A stretch of DNA of 63,991 nt, filler included, from Octopus bimaculoides (GCF_001194135.2; 7 parts of 7 records of this genome joined end to end with filler, not necessarily neighbours in it); one strand, 5' to 3'; shown: positions 1 to 13,662, counted from the first letter of the whole stretch. Notes: generated from the letters alone by a model not told the origin. Numbers and translations are program-made.

Positions 1-299
1 AATGTGAGTGTGTATTGTAATTTAAAAGTGGTGGCAATATTCTTATTTCTTTAAGGTAGAACCAACATTTTCACTCAATATATTTAATCGTTACATAATT
101 CTATTTTGTTTTCATATTGGGCGGAAATATTTGTAATAATGACAATATCAAGTCGAATTTAACTTCTCAGCCCTCGAGCTTTCTTCTCTTTTCTCTCTGT
201 CAAACTGAACATTACCTCATAAAACAAATTGGCAATCATAGGATTGCATCGTAGGATTGCATCCTACGATTGGCTCTTTCTAAATATCAACGCATACAT

Positions 300-600
300 T
301 CAATTCCTCGAGGCGTTCAAAGAAAATTACCTCAAATCAAATTCTCTCGATATAACACCTTACATTATATCTAGAACAACCACCTCGTATCACTGGTTGC
401 CTGTGCACTTCATCTCATGTACTTAGTTCTTTAGGAACAACATCTCAAATCCTGGATTTTCTGGGCAGAACGCTTCATACATTATTATCTTGGCAGATGA
501 TTTCAGATTTTTTTGGACAATAAAGATCAATAAATCTGTGGGTGAATCAGGCCATATGTTTAGTTTCCCAGTGAGACTAACTCTATTCCTTGGAACAGTG
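300..600 (+). mobile_element. Possible highly decayed L2/CR1-like LINE 3' fragment
   Basis: ITP...HWLPVHF (ORF 229-426) and FPS...IPWNS resemble L2/CR1 C-terminal motifs; many stops. Confidence 0.25.
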
Positions 601-1749
601 AAAGAGTTTCCGACTTATTAGAAATAGCAGGACCTGATGAGATTGTCATATGATGAAATGTATATCTTAATTTTTCAGGCTCAATATATCTTAGACTACA
701 CCATCCTGTGTCTTCCGCTTTTTTTTTTTTTTTTTGAAATGGTAGGCTATGGTTTATGGTGTATTTAGCTACTGTTTTTAAGAGATCAAACGATTGAGCA
801 GAAGATCCTGACCCGTTTGTTGCGCAATAACGATGACCACTAACTAAATAAACAAGTTTAACGTTTCGAATCAGTAAGAATTTTTAGAATGCCGCTCATT
901 GTTTCCAGCTGTCACTTTGTGAACTACGATACACAGAAGAGATCGCTCGTTGGCTAACACCTACATTTATATCATATCTATCTCAGTCTTCTTGTTCAAT
1001 AATTGGGTTTTTTCTTCACATATGAATCAGAAAAAAATGTATATGTTGGTAGCGATATTATCGGATTTTCAATGGAATAAACATGACTTTTATTCATCAT
1101 GCTGTGTATAGATTTGAAACAAGATGGCCGAATATAATATCAAAAACAACGGCAGCATAAAACTAACAACCATAAAAGACCCTGTACTTAAATAACTACA
1201 TAAAATTCACACATGATATACATATATACACACACACATGCATATACCACGCACAAATAGATGTAAATGCACACATACAAACGTACACTCAACGTAAACA
1301 CATTCCAGTAAAAAATTGTTTGTATGTGTCTGTGTGTGGTTTCGTGCTTAAAGAAAAATACATCAAGGAGCTTTTGATAACGACCTTTTTATATATGTTA
1401 ATAATGGTATTACTCGTTTCACTAAGGATATTATATTACAGATATTTTGTATTTTCAAACAACTCACTCATCTAATAAAAGTTACTAACGTAACATAAAA
1501 AGACCGTTATATAGTAAAAATATTTATTTTCAATCACGTGCTATTTTTTCTTTTATATTTTGCATACGATTTTTCCCTGCTTTATTTATGTGTGTATGCG
1601 CCTATGTGCGTTATATATGAATGTATGTATGTACGTATGTGTGTGCGTATATATATAGATATATTTACACATACATACATTCATACATATTTATACTAAT
1701 ATATACATATGCATATATATATGTGTATGTATGTATATATATATATATA

Positions 1750-1792
<43 letters not shown>

Positions 1793-2440
1793 NNNNNNNN
1801 NNNNNNNNNNNNNNNNNNNNNNNNNNNNNNNNNNNNNNNNNNNNNNNNNNNNNNNNNNNNNNNNNNNNNNNNNNNNNNNNNNNNNNNNNNNNNNNNNNNN
1901 NNNNNNNNNNNNNNNNNNNNNNNNNNNNNNNNNNNNNNNNNNNNNNNNNNNNNNNNNNNNNNNNNNNNNNNNNNNNNNNNNNNNNNNNNNNNNNNNNNNN
2001 NNNNNNNNNNNNNNNNNNNNNNNNNNNNNNNNNNNNNNNNNNNNNNNNNNNNNNNNNNNNNNNNNNNNNNNNNNNNNNNNNNNNNNNNNNNNNNNNNNNN
2101 NNNNNNNNNNNNNNNNNNNNNNNNNNNNNNNNNNNNNNNNNNNNNNNNNNNNNNNNNNNNNNNNNNNNNNNNNNNNNNNNNNNNNNNNNNNNNNNNNNNN
2201 NNNNNNNNNNNNNNNNNNNNNNNNNNNNNNNNNNNNNNNNNNNNNNNNNNNNNNNNNNNNNNNNNNNNNNNNNNNNNNNNNNNNNNNNNNNNNNNNNNNN
2301 NNNNNNNNNNNNNNNNNNNNNNNNNNNNNNNNNNNNNNNNNNNNNNNNNNNNNNNNAGGAATTAATGACTCTCTTCAAAATACAGAACTCGGAGCAACTC
2401 AGTGAGAAAATAGAAATTAACTTACTATATGAGGGTTACT

Positions 2441-2478
<38 letters not shown>

Positions 2479-2634
2479 CACTTTCTCTCTTTCTCTTTCT
2501 CTTTCTTTCTCCTCTTTCTCTCATTCTCATTCTCACATTGTACAGGTGTTTATACGCACATGTATGCAGGTGAAGGTATGTATTTTTGTCTCTTTCTCCC
2601 TCTCTGTCTCTGTTTCTCTCTCTTTCTATATATG

Positions 2635-2669
<35 letters not shown>

Positions 2670-2864
2670 GTGTATCTAAATAGAGGCATACGCTCACATA
2701 TATATAAACACATAAATACACACACACACATATCTTCACATATATGTGTGTGTGTGTGTTAGTGTGTATTTTTTGGACTTGTATTTGTCTGGCAAATGAT
2801 CTGAACTGAGATCGAGTGCTAAAACTAAATCAATAACATCGTGGAAGACGCATATTAACTATTT

Positions 2865-3027
2865 ATAAACACACGAAAGCTGTTAACTTCACACAATCAT
2901 TTATTATTTGGTGTCAAAATTTTCTTCATACTATCTGCTACCTTACATTGAGTCCTGATAGGGCATGAGAAATTTTGACGCAACATAATGAACGATTCAA
3001 AGAAGTTTACATTTTTTGCGTGTTTAT
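2865..3027. repeat. Imperfect foldback (~70-bp arms), followed by a 10-bp-stem hairpin (3025-3049)
   Basis: Arms 2865-2935 and 2957-3027 are reverse-complementary; tatgaaagac/gtctttcata stem. Confidence 0.6.
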
Positions 3028-3074
3028 GAAAGACAATGTGTCTTTCATATTGAAATTTATACATATATATTATT

Positions 3075-3270
3075 TATTTCTTGTTTCAGTCATTGGACTG
3101 CAGCCCTATTAGAGCACACCTTGAAGAGTTTAGTTGAACAAATCGACCCCAGTACTTATTTTCATTAATTCCTGATACTTATTTTATCGGCCACTTTGTG
3201 CCAAACCACTAATTTACAATGAGGTATGCACCCCAACACCGGTTGTCAAGTGGTTGTGGGGGACAAATAT
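3075..3270 (-). mobile_element. SINE family B 3' half
   Basis: Matches the 3' halves of the full-length copies at 16060-16420 and 25925-26338. Confidence 0.75.
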
Positions 3271-3286
3271 ATACACAAAGACACAC

Positions 3287-3338
<52 letters not shown>

Positions 3339-4459
3339 NNNNNNNNNNNNNNNNNNNNNNNNNNNNNNNNNNNNNNNNNNNNNNNNNNNNNNNNNNNNNN
3401 NNNNNNNNNNNNNNNNNNNNNNNNNNNNNNNNNNNNNNNNNNNNNNNNNNNNNNNNNNNNNNNNNNNNNNNNNNNNNNNNNNNNNNNNNNNNNNNNNNNN
3501 NNNNNNNNNNNNNNNNNNNNNNNNNNNNNNNNNNNNNNNNNNNNNNNNNNNNNNNNNNNNNNNNNNNNNNNNNNNNNNNNNNNNNNNNNNNNNNNNNNNN
3601 NNNNNNNNNNNNNNNNNNNNNNNNNNNNNNNNNNNNNNNNNNNNNNNNNNNNNNNNNNNNNNNNNNNNNNNNNNNNNNNNNNNNNNNNNNNNNNNNNNNN
3701 NNNNNNNNNNNNNNNNNNNNNNNNNNNNNNNNNNNNNNNNNNNNNNNNNNNNNNNNNNNNNNNNNNNNNNNNNNNNNNNNNNNNNNNNNNNNNNNNNNNN
3801 NNNNNNNNNNNNNNNNNNNNNNNNNNNNNNNNNNNNNNNNNNNNNNNNNNNNNNNNNNNNNNNNNNNNNNNNNNNNNNNNNNNNNNNNNNNNNNNNNNNN
3901 NNNNNNNNNNNNNNNNNNNNNNNNNNNNNNNNNNNNNNNNNNNNNNNNNNNNNNNNNNNNNNNNNNNNNNNNNNNNNNNNNNNNNNNNNNNNNNNNNNNN
4001 NNNNNNNNNNNNNNNNNNNNNNNNNNNNNNNNNNNNNNNNNNNNNNNNNNNNNNNNNNNNNNNNNNNNNNNNNNNNNNNNNNNNNNNNNNNNNNNNNNNN
4101 NNNNNNNNNNNNNNNNNNNNNNNNNNNATATACACGTATGCGCATATATATGAAAGTCCAGGATTCAAGTGAATTAGGTCCCTAAATAGTAAAGCACTAA
4201 GGTCGGCTCAATAAAATCGGTATTGTGTAGAAAACAAAATTCGAGGTACATATACGTACATACTGTAATAAAGACGGATTTATATTCCAGTTGCATGTAC
4301 GATCGCCAGCGTCCGACTGAATACACCTCGAGTCTCGAGGCTGTTCCTAGGTAAAAACACAGCAGCAATTGCTTTGAACTCAATAGACTCCAACCACGCT
4401 AATTGCAGATTCCGAGTAAGGTGAATAATAAACAAATAACAAGAGGTTGATAGTGGTTC

Positions 4460-6514
4460 ACTCACTACAGCTGTTTCGGAAGTGTTTTTATTGACGAATC
4501 AAGTTATTACATCAGGTAGATATTCTTAAAAAATGGGAATCATGAAATGGCACATACTCGGCAGAGTTCAAGGTCAATCTTTGCGAAGCGGCTGTAGCTT
4601 CGTTACTATGGCAGCAGTCCGGATACTTATTGATTAGGTCACGTAGCATACAATGATGTCACCTTATATGGTATGTGAATATTAATAGACAGCAATACAG
4701 CGCTCATTGGAGGACACAAGTAATTGCATTATTTATCCTTAGTCGTATTCCTGGGCACAACGTCTGTGTGAGCTTACAATGTAGTGTTCATAATTTGTTT
4801 CATATGAAGGAGTGTCCATGCATATCACCTCTGTTTCTCTTTCCAAAGTGCAGTTCTTCTGTTTCTCTTTTAAACATTGAATTTTGGAGAGAATATTTTG
4901 ATGAAATGTAGCTCCCTTTGCCTTTAGGAACTTTGGGTCATCTCTTGAGCATTTGTAGAAGGGGAAGATTTTGAATTTTCCTTCACTGCATATTTCTAGA
5001 TGCTTGCTCAGTGGAATCTTGCGTAGTTCCTCTTGTCTGTAGATTCTTGCACGTTGGTAAGGGGGATTGTTTGTTTCGCCAATATAATTTTCCTTGCAGT
5101 TGGGGCAAGTAATGCAGTATATGAGATTCTGTGTCTTGCAGGTCATATGGGCATTTACTTTGAACGAGAATCCACTCTTGAATTTTATATGGAAACCACT
5201 TCCTAAATATCTGAATCTGCTATGCTGTATATTCCACATCTGCTGAACTTAGCCCTTGTAAGGTGTTTTATGAAGTCTTGTGGCTGGCATCTACTGTTTC
5301 GTAAGAAGTTTTCATCAATCAGATTTTTCATTTTGGGGTTTTGTAGAAGTATTGGTATGTTTGATTTCATGGTGTGAAAAATGTTGGTCATTCTAGGATT
5401 GTGTGTATTGGTAAATGGAATCGTGGGTTCATTAATTTTTCCTTTACTATCTTTAGTTGTGTGATATTCAGTTTCATCACATTTTTAATTTCATCGTTCA
5501 TTAATTCTAAGGAATAATTCTGTTTTGTTAGGAAGCCTTTGAGCTCATTATGTCGGATTTGACGTGTTTTGGGGTCAATTACTATAGTACAGATATGCCT
5601 TGCCATATTGTATGGGATGTTCCTTTTGATGTATGGGGGATGACAAGAGTAGAAATTCAAATATTGTTGCGTGTCCGTTTTTGTTTTGTTTTTTTTGTAA
5701 AATATGTCTGTTGTGACTGTGGAGTTGTGTATTTTTACGTGAATATCCAGGAATGGTAATTCATTGCAACTAGTTTTTGTCGTGAATTTGATAGATGGGT
5801 GAGGTGTGTTGAGTATATTATTAAATATTTGTAGGTCCTTACTTAATCAGTCCCAAAAGTTGAAGCAGTCATCGAAGAAGCGTTTCCACTTTTTAATGAC
5901 GTATTTCTTGCAATCATGATTAAAAGTTCTCTCTACATCCTCATAAGGCTTTTCTTCCAAGTATTCCATGACTACGTTAGCATATGAGGATGCAGACCTC
6001 GTCCCTATAGCTGTGCCTTTTATTTGTCGATATGCTTTATTACCAAATCTAAAGGTGTTTTCTTCTAGTGCCAGCTGTGCGGCCTTGGTAATGAAGTAAT
6101 GAAGTATTTGACTGTGACTGCTTGCAGGCTTAAAGCGAAAGGTATATTGGTATAAAGATTAGTGACATCAAAGCTCGAAAGTATAGTACCTTCTGAGACA
6201 GTGGGTGGAATATGCTTGAGGAATTCCATGTCATCCCGTATATAGCTAGGTATTAATGGGCATAAAGGTTTGAGGAGTATATCCAAAAGATGATTTAGTT
6301 ACTGTGCTGGGGCTTGAAATCCAGCAACTATTGGTTTCAATTTGAGGTCAGTAGGTCTTAGTATTTCTATGTACTGGTTCTTCTGTTCATTTATGGCTCT
6401 CTGTGTTTCAGAGCTTTTGTGGATCATGGATAATCCGTAGAAATTGCTCTCTTTGATTACAGAGTTGCACAAATCATCTTTCTCTTTGTCTGCGAAAGAG
6501 TTTTGGTATTCATT
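4460..6514 (-). mobile_element. Penelope-like element, RT plus GIY-YIG part (pseudogene)
   Basis: SFDVTNLYTNIP, RQIKGTAIGT...RFFDD RT core, HPPYIKRNIPY thumb, NLIYCITC..C..NYIGET GIY-YIG; stops and frameshifts; HHR remnant downstream at 4461-4519. Confidence 0.92.
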
Positions 6515-6573
6515 TGTTGTAGTGAATTAGTAATAATGGTACTCCTCTCTCACTTGATGAATGAAATATCCTA

Positions 6574-6812
6574 CATTATTTACAATTGACGGATATTTGT
6601 CCTCATCTTCTTTGTTGTTAACACAACGTTTCGGTTGATATACCCTCCAGCCTTCATCAGGTGTCATCAGATTTTCCCCAAGACACCTGATGAAGGCTGG
6701 AGGGTATATCAGCCGAAACGTTGTGCTAACAACAAACAAGATGAGGACAAATATCCGTTAATTGTAAATAATGTAAATAATGTACATAATTCCTCATCTC
6801 TTAAATATAGAT
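6574..6812. mobile_element. HHR-bearing foldback insertion in the Gypsy 5' LTR
   Basis: 92-bp arms (6574-6665, 6682-6773) with 4 mismatches; absent from the 3' LTR; tccta duplicated at 6569-6573 and 6813-6817. Confidence 0.85.
6682..6727 (+). ncRNA. PLE-type minimal type I hammerhead ribozyme motif (mirror copy 6620-6665, minus)
   Basis: gacac CTGATGA a ggctg-(10 nt)-cagcc GAAA cgtt gtg; palindromic aacgtt stem III. Confidence 0.7.
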
Positions 6813-7103
6813 TCCTAGTCACTATAAGTAAAGAGAAGTACGTGAAGTACCAGAGCACGTAGCAGACGGTTAGCGATAGTCGTATTTCTACTGGTTTACT
6901 AAGTATACTGTATACCGAAGTGGGCGTTATAACAATCCAACATTAACAGAATTATAACAGTATCGACGAGGATTTAAACAACTCACGAGGAATTAATAAA
7001 CTCGGCGAGGATAAACCAATTCACATGGAGTTAATAGAAACTCGAAGAGGAGTTAATAAACTCACAAAGCTGGTGTACGAATTTTACGAAAAATCGTAAA
7101 AAT

Positions 7104-8910
7104 ATGGAAAATTTGTTGGCAGGCTTGCTCGAGATGCAAAACAGCAACAACAACAGCTCAGAGAACAACAACAACGGTAGATACAACTACAAGAGCAACA
7201 ACAGAAGCAACAACAACAAATAATATTACAGCAACAAATGCTGCAATTACTGAAGTCATCAGAAAAGTCAGGAAAAGTGTTTTCGCCAGACTATGTCGCG
7301 AATTCCATAACAGAGCTCGAATACGGACCTGACGAAGGAGTTACCTTCGAAGCATACTACAGAAGATATGAGCAAATCTTTGATAAAGAATGTAAAGATT
7401 AGGACAACAAGATGAAAACGCGCTTAATCTTGAGAAAACTGGCGGCAACAGAACATGAACGATACAGTAATTATGTACTCCCAAGAAAACCTTTGGACGT
7501 AAACTTTAATGACAAAATAGATATATTGTGTAAAATTTTCAGTGAAAAAAGCTCATTGTTAAACACACGTTGGAGATGTCGGAACATAAGGAAAAACAAC
7601 GACGAGGGCTACATCACATATGTTGGTAGAGTAAACAGGGAATACGAGAAGTTCAGACTGGTCGAATTAACGCCAGATATGTTCAAATGCCTGATTTTTA
7701 CATGGGGTCTTAATGCCGAAAAGGACGCAGAAGTTAGAACTAGAATTCTAGCAAAGCTGTAACATAACCAGGATGTAACCCCACAGCAAGTGTCGGAAGA
7801 ATGCGGTAGGACAGTCAAATTAAGACACGATACAGAAGAAATTGAACGTAATGATTATTTCCAAGTAAAGCAAGTGCGAAATAGTGAGAATAGAGATAAA
7901 GTGTTTTCTAAAAACAAGACAAAAATCAAGAAATAAACCCATGTTTTGCATGTGGAAGTATACATTTGAGGAAAAATTTTCCATTTAAAATAGCGGGGTG
8001 CTTTCTTTGTGGAAATATAGGATATATAAAAACGCACTGTAGAACGAAGTTGATAAAACGTCAAAACGAAGGAAAAAGAATAAATAGTATGTCATCGGAA
8101 GAAATTGGCAATATAAAGATGAGGAAATTTTGAAGGTGAAAATCAGGAATATGAGTGTTAAAATGAAATTAGACACTGGACGTGATATCACCATTATAAA
8201 TGAAAAAACTTGGAAATATGTCGGTAAGCTGAAATTAATTAAATCGAAACAGATAACACATGGTGTTACGGAAAAAAGATATTTTTTCGGTGAATTCGTA
8301 TGTAATGTAACATTTCGAGATCAAACAAAAGTGGCAAAGATATATGTGTTAAAAACTTCATTTCATTTATTCGGCACAGAGTGGATGGAACTATTCAAAT
8401 TGTGGGATACGCCCATAAGTGTTCTGTGTGGAAATATAGTCGGTTGCATCGAAGGTTTGAATGCGGCTGAGGGATTGAAACAAAAAATTGCAGTAAAACA
8501 GAGTGGAACACCTGTATGTAAGCCAAAACGAAATAAAAAATTTCCCACGATATAAAGTAAACATTGTTCAAAAGTAAATGTTCCGTGGTCGAGACTACCC
8601 ATGGATTTCGCTAATCCTTTAAATGAGTTGAGAAGATGGCGTAGTTACCAAATGCATAGGTAAAATGATGTATTGTGTAAAAAGTAGAAAAGGCATACAA
8701 AAGAGACACAGGAACCAACTGAAAAGGAGATTCGTGGAAAGCGAACCAAAGACGTTGGAGGAACCGATGGAATGGTTGTACGATATGTTCCAAGTACCAA
8801 CGCCACTGCAGGTGCTTAAACCCGGGCGTACAAGTGAGAGGAAACGAAAACATACAGAGTTCATGAAAATAGATGCCAAATGCAAAAATTATTATATTGT
8901 ACAGAAAACA
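7104..8910 (+). pseudogene. Gypsy gag, zinc knuckle and protease, plus integrase remnants
   Basis: Q-rich N-terminus, FEAYYRRYE gag, degenerate CxxC knuckles ~7940-8040, KLDTG protease, VPWSRLPMDFANP and KRHRNQLK integrase pieces; no RT or RNase H. Confidence 0.85.
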
Positions 8911-9174
8911 ATCTCAAAAAAAGGAGGTGGGGGTGAATAAAAAAGAAATTATTGCTAAATTAAATGACATTTCCTAAGAAAACCTTAAGAATTAGTAATA
9001 ACGGTACACCCTACCCACGTGATGACTGGAATAACCTAGTCACTATAAGTAAAGAGTAGTACGTGAAGTACTGAACTACGTGGTAGGTAGTTAGAGATAC
9101 CCGTGTCTTTACTGGTTTGCTAAGTACACACCGAAGTGGGCGTTATAACAATCCAACATTTTAAGGACATAACA

Positions 9175-9940
9175 TCATTAATTAGTGTTTTCATTTTACT
9201 CACTATTGTCTTTTCCGAGTGCCTTGGTTCTTCTTTGTAGTAGGCTTGGTCTATTAAAATTTCCAATATTTTATCTTTATAGTAGTCTTTGTCCATAATT
9301 ACTATCACCCCTCCTTTATCGGCTTGTTTTAGGATGATTGAATTGTCGTTCTTCAACGTTAGTAAGGCTTCCTTTTCCTCTTCACAAAGATTATTTTTGC
9401 TTTTACAGATACTGAAGGGGAATTTCGAAATTATGTCTATATATACGTCTAAATGTTTGTCAGTCCCCTTGTAGGGGGTGAAATTGGATTTATTTCTGAC
9501 AACTCGTTCATCATTTATATTCTTATTGCCGAAGAATTCTATAAGTCGGAGGTGGTGGTTAAAATGTTCAATAACAGCCTTTAGTTCAATGAGACTAGGA
9601 ATGGGCGTCGGGGTATAATTGAAACCTCTGTATAGGAGAGTCATCTCATCCTTGTTGAAGTCTATATTTGACAAATGTATTATCTTAGAGTCTATATATT
9701 CTGTGTGGTCATTCAAATTTTCTATTGCGTCGGATCCGAGGGGCGATTATGGTATTTTCTCCCTAAAAAAGAAATTGCGTTATTGTGTCTCCAGTTTCTG
9801 TTTCCGGGATTCTGGCTCCCTCATAGGTGAGATGTTTCGTGTTCTTTGTGCGTATTTCGTTGTCTATATGGTCCGTCTTCTTCTCCCCATCTTCTAAGTT
9901 TGTTAGGCCATTCAGAGTTTCAGGGATTGTTGATATATAT
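9175..9940 (-). mobile_element. Penelope-like element, N-terminal part (same element as 4460-6514)
   Basis: ORF 9120-9716 with LSNI...RGFNYTPTP and IILKQADKGGVIVIMD; removing the Gypsy insert restores KTLIN-EYQNSF. Confidence 0.9.
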
Positions 9941-9946
9941 GTGTAT

Positions 9947-10009
<63 letters not shown>

Positions 10010-10074
10010 TGGACTTCATTCATAAATCATAAAAATAAGCCAATGTTACATTCTCTGATTCCAGATCGGAAACT

Positions 10075-10500
10075 GCAAAAATATCCTCTTGGCTTCAAAC
10101 GCTTTCTGCAAATTAGAGCAGACTTCTACCTCTCTCTCGTTCAAATCGGATCTCAACATACGAGGTACACATTTTCTACACTCTTTCCGTTACCCAAAAG
10201 TTTTCCACTATCTTCTGTAAGGCATTGTGACCACAATCCAGTTGTGAAACAAAATCACAAATAGTGTCTTGTGGATTGCATCAATTCGTCCACTTGTTGG
10301 TGATCCGCATCGCTGGCGATTCGTCTCACTGACGATTCCCGTCGTCGGGGATTTGTGTCGCACTTGATGGTCTCTCGTTGCATAGTTTATCTTCAATGAT
10401 GGCTTCTCGTTCTTTAAGCATCAACCTGTTCTCATTTCTCTTGTCAATAGTGTTATCTTCACAAGCCTTCTATGAATGTCCAGCAGTTTGTAGCCACCTT
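10075..10500 (-). mobile_element. Mariner transposase N-terminal remnant
   Basis: LDIHRRLVK..EDKLCNERPSSAT..CRKCVPRML across frameshifts; no TIRs seen. Confidence 0.72.
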
Positions 10501-10700
10501 CGTCACAAATCCAACTGGAACCCTTTATTAGCCTGCAATTAAGTACAAGATTTTTGTTAATAAAAACTCGATATCCATATCCACTTTTCCATTAATTTCA
10601 ATATCCACCAACTTGTGTGTGTGTGCATCTATGTATATGTATATATATATATATAAATATATACATAAGCGCACATGCACATACACACGCACACGCATAC

Positions 10701-10731
<31 letters not shown>

Positions 10732-11654
10732 GTTACTCTCTAAGTAATATAACACAATGTATTTTTATAAGATGATATATATTTTATTTTATAGTTTATT
10801 TAATAATAGTCTTAAGTGGGCTTTCTTTAAAATTCCTCTTTCCATTTTTACTTATCAACGATACTGAATGCATGTATCTATCTATATTGCTTATTGTGAA
10901 TACGAATATTTCCTATTGAAAATTCAAATCCCCGAGAAAAATGTATTTCTAATTAATGAAAATATTCTGCTAATGTAAATTTTATATCATGCAGTAGTTT
11001 TCACTATTATTTTTAATGTTCTTAAAAATACTTTTCATATTTGTTATCTTTTTCATAATTCCCTCATAAGTTTCCTTCTGCTTTTGGTTATATTTTCATA
11101 ATTGTTGCATTGTTGCTGTTACTGCTGCTGTTGTTGTCATTGTTTCGGTATAGTTGTTGTTACTACTGTTGTTGTTGTGTTGTTGTAATCGTCGTCGCTG
11201 TTATTGTTGAAGTTTTCTGGTTTGTTTGGTTATAGGGCTTAGAAGGAGAGTATCTTGAGAATTGAAAGGTTTCTATATATATATGTGTATGCCTGAGAGT
11301 ATCTTTGTATGTATGTTCACCTGCTGAGACACACAGACAAGGACACACATGCATATATAAATATGTATTAAATGTGTGTTTGTTTATATACGTGTGAAAT
11401 ATGTATGTATGTATATGTATGTGTGCGCATATATTTGTTTGAGAAAGGTCGTGTGTGTGTGTGTGTGTGTNNNNNNNNNNNNNNNNNNNNNNNNNNNNNN
11501 NNNNNNNNNNNNNNTTAATTAATTAANNNNNNNNNNNNNNNNNNNNNNNNNNNNNNNNNNNNNNNNNNNNTATACATAAATGCATAATACATACATTCAT
11601 ACACATAGGTAAATATACATACATACATATACACATGAAAAATAGAAGCGACAT

Positions 11655-11685
<31 letters not shown>

Positions 11686-11696
11686 TATATACAGAA

Positions 11697-11735
<39 letters not shown>

Positions 11736-12256
11736 TGCATGAGTACATAAAAAAACAAACACGGATGCTTAGATACGTGCATATATACATGCATATATAC
11801 ATACATGAACACACACACACACGTACATTAAAAGGAGGACAAGAAAACTTCAAACCCATAATTTGAACCCTCAGCCGGAAGATCCCAAATCCGGGACCGA
11901 ATGACGGATTATTCTGAGAGTAACCGCCGGCTACATACATACATATATCACATGTGAAGAAGGGCAATGAATTCATTCTTAGACACACCAATATAGTGGA
12001 GTATGAAGAACAGGCTGGTGTAGGGACAGTCATGGGGGTAGAGTATGCCCCACCCCTTCATCGTTTACTCTCCATTTCTTTTGGGTCGACATCATATCAC
12101 ACATCCTAACCATCTCCCTCCCCCTTGCCCACCCCAAGTCCGACATCCGCTAATCTATTTGTTCTTATCAAAACAAAGATGGTTGCTGTCATACAGTTAT
12201 TTACATTTTTCTTTTTGTTCTTTAATACGATTCTTGTAATTGTTGTTGTTGTTGTT

Positions 12257-12291
<35 letters not shown>

Positions 12292-12427
12292 CCTTGTTCT
12301 TCTTGTTCTTCTTGTTCTTGTTCTTCTTCTTCTTCTTCTTCTTCTTCTTCTTCTTCTTCTTTTTCTCTCTTGTACTGTATAGTCCTTTATTGATTTTTGT
12401 TTGAGCTTGTGACCGATGACGATTTAC

Positions 12428-12483
<56 letters not shown>

Positions 12484-12484
12484 G

Positions 12485-12570
12485 AAGGAAGCAAGCTGGC
12501 AGAATCGTTAGCACACTGGACGAAATGCATAGCGGTATTTCGCCCATCGCTACTTTCTGAGTTCAAATTC
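12485..12570 (+). mobile_element. SINE family A head, directly after an (ATT)n tract
   Basis: agctggcagaatcgttagc...gagttcaaattcc with A/B-box-like tRNA head. Confidence 0.8.
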
Positions 12571-12946
12571 CCAGTTAGAATTCTCTTCAGGTCGAGTAGT
12601 CCATCCCGCTCAAAAGGTCCCTGAATAAGGTTTGTTTAAGGATGTTGAGCAAAACACTCATGTTTCCAAAGCTGAATTATTCAAACCCCAAAGAATTCCT
12701 CTCAACACATGGCTATGATGCTCCCCCACTACTTCTGCTCATGATCAGAGATGCACATATCGTCAGCCACCAAGGGACATGCTCAACTGGTTAAGGTCAA
12801 ACAAATGACAAGCAAATCTGTGGTATTGAGCAGAATATTTGCTGTAGCCCATCTTTTATACCAAGACAAAACAATGTACATGATAACACTTCCAATCAGT
12901 TAAGATCAGAAGCCATGAGAGCCACTGCCTGGTACTGCATCCGGGC
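12571..12946 (+). repeat. Interspersed repeat family D (other copies 20987-21322 +, 30555-30895 -, 35807-36045 +, inverted piece ~13017-13085)
   Basis: Near-identical cccagttagaattttcttcaggtcgagtagcccatcccgctcaaaaggtccc block shared between copies. Confidence 0.85.
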
Positions 12947-13238
12947 TATTATGATTATTATTATTATTATTATTATTATTAAGGTGGTTAGCTGGCAAAA
13001 TTGTTAATGCGCTTGAGATGGGGTACAGCAAATATTCTGCTTAATACCACAGATTTGCTTGTCATTTGTTTGACCATAACTAGTTTATGCGCTTCATGAA
13101 ATGCTTAGTAAGTAAATATGTATGTATATATGTATGTATGTACATACATATATACATACATGGATGGATATGAGTTGAACCTCGTAAATGGCGAGATAGA
13201 AATGCATATATATATATATATATGCATGTTCCTTATTC

Positions 13239-13284
<46 letters not shown>

Positions 13285-13354
13285 NNNNNNNNNNNNNNNN
13301 NNNNNNNNNNNNNNNNNNNNNNNNNNNNNNNNNNNNNNNNNNNNNNNNNNNNNN

Positions 13355-13388
<34 letters not shown>

Positions 13389-13662
13389 CATTTACATATA
13401 TATATATATATATTTTGTGTGTATATGTGTATGTATGTGTGTGTATATTTATACGTATATATACATATATGTTTATATATATGTGTATATATGTATGTAT
13501 ATATATACATACATATATATGAAAGTGTGTACATACATGTACATATATATATGTATATACTCATATATTGTTTGTATCGCACGATCAAACGCACCCGTTA
13601 CCTTTGCAAGTAAGATTTGAACTATATACCTATATGCATATATACATACTTACATATATATA

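Larger units (their letters stand above)
6515..9174 (+). mobile_element. Internally deleted Ty3/Gypsy LTR retrotransposon
   Basis: TG...CA ends; TCATT TSD (6510-6514, 9175-9179); LTRs ~6515-6959 and ~8928-9174; PBS-like gtatcgacgagg at 6960; PPT aaaaaaaggagg at 8916-8927. Confidence 0.9.

Noticed and set aside
248-270. 10-bp perfect hairpin atcgtaggat-tgc-atcctacgat
   Set aside because: Isolated and short; best explained as a local micro-inversion or duplication.
1380-1510. Weak ~30-bp inverted repeat
   Set aside because: Too degenerate in AT-rich DNA to distinguish from chance.
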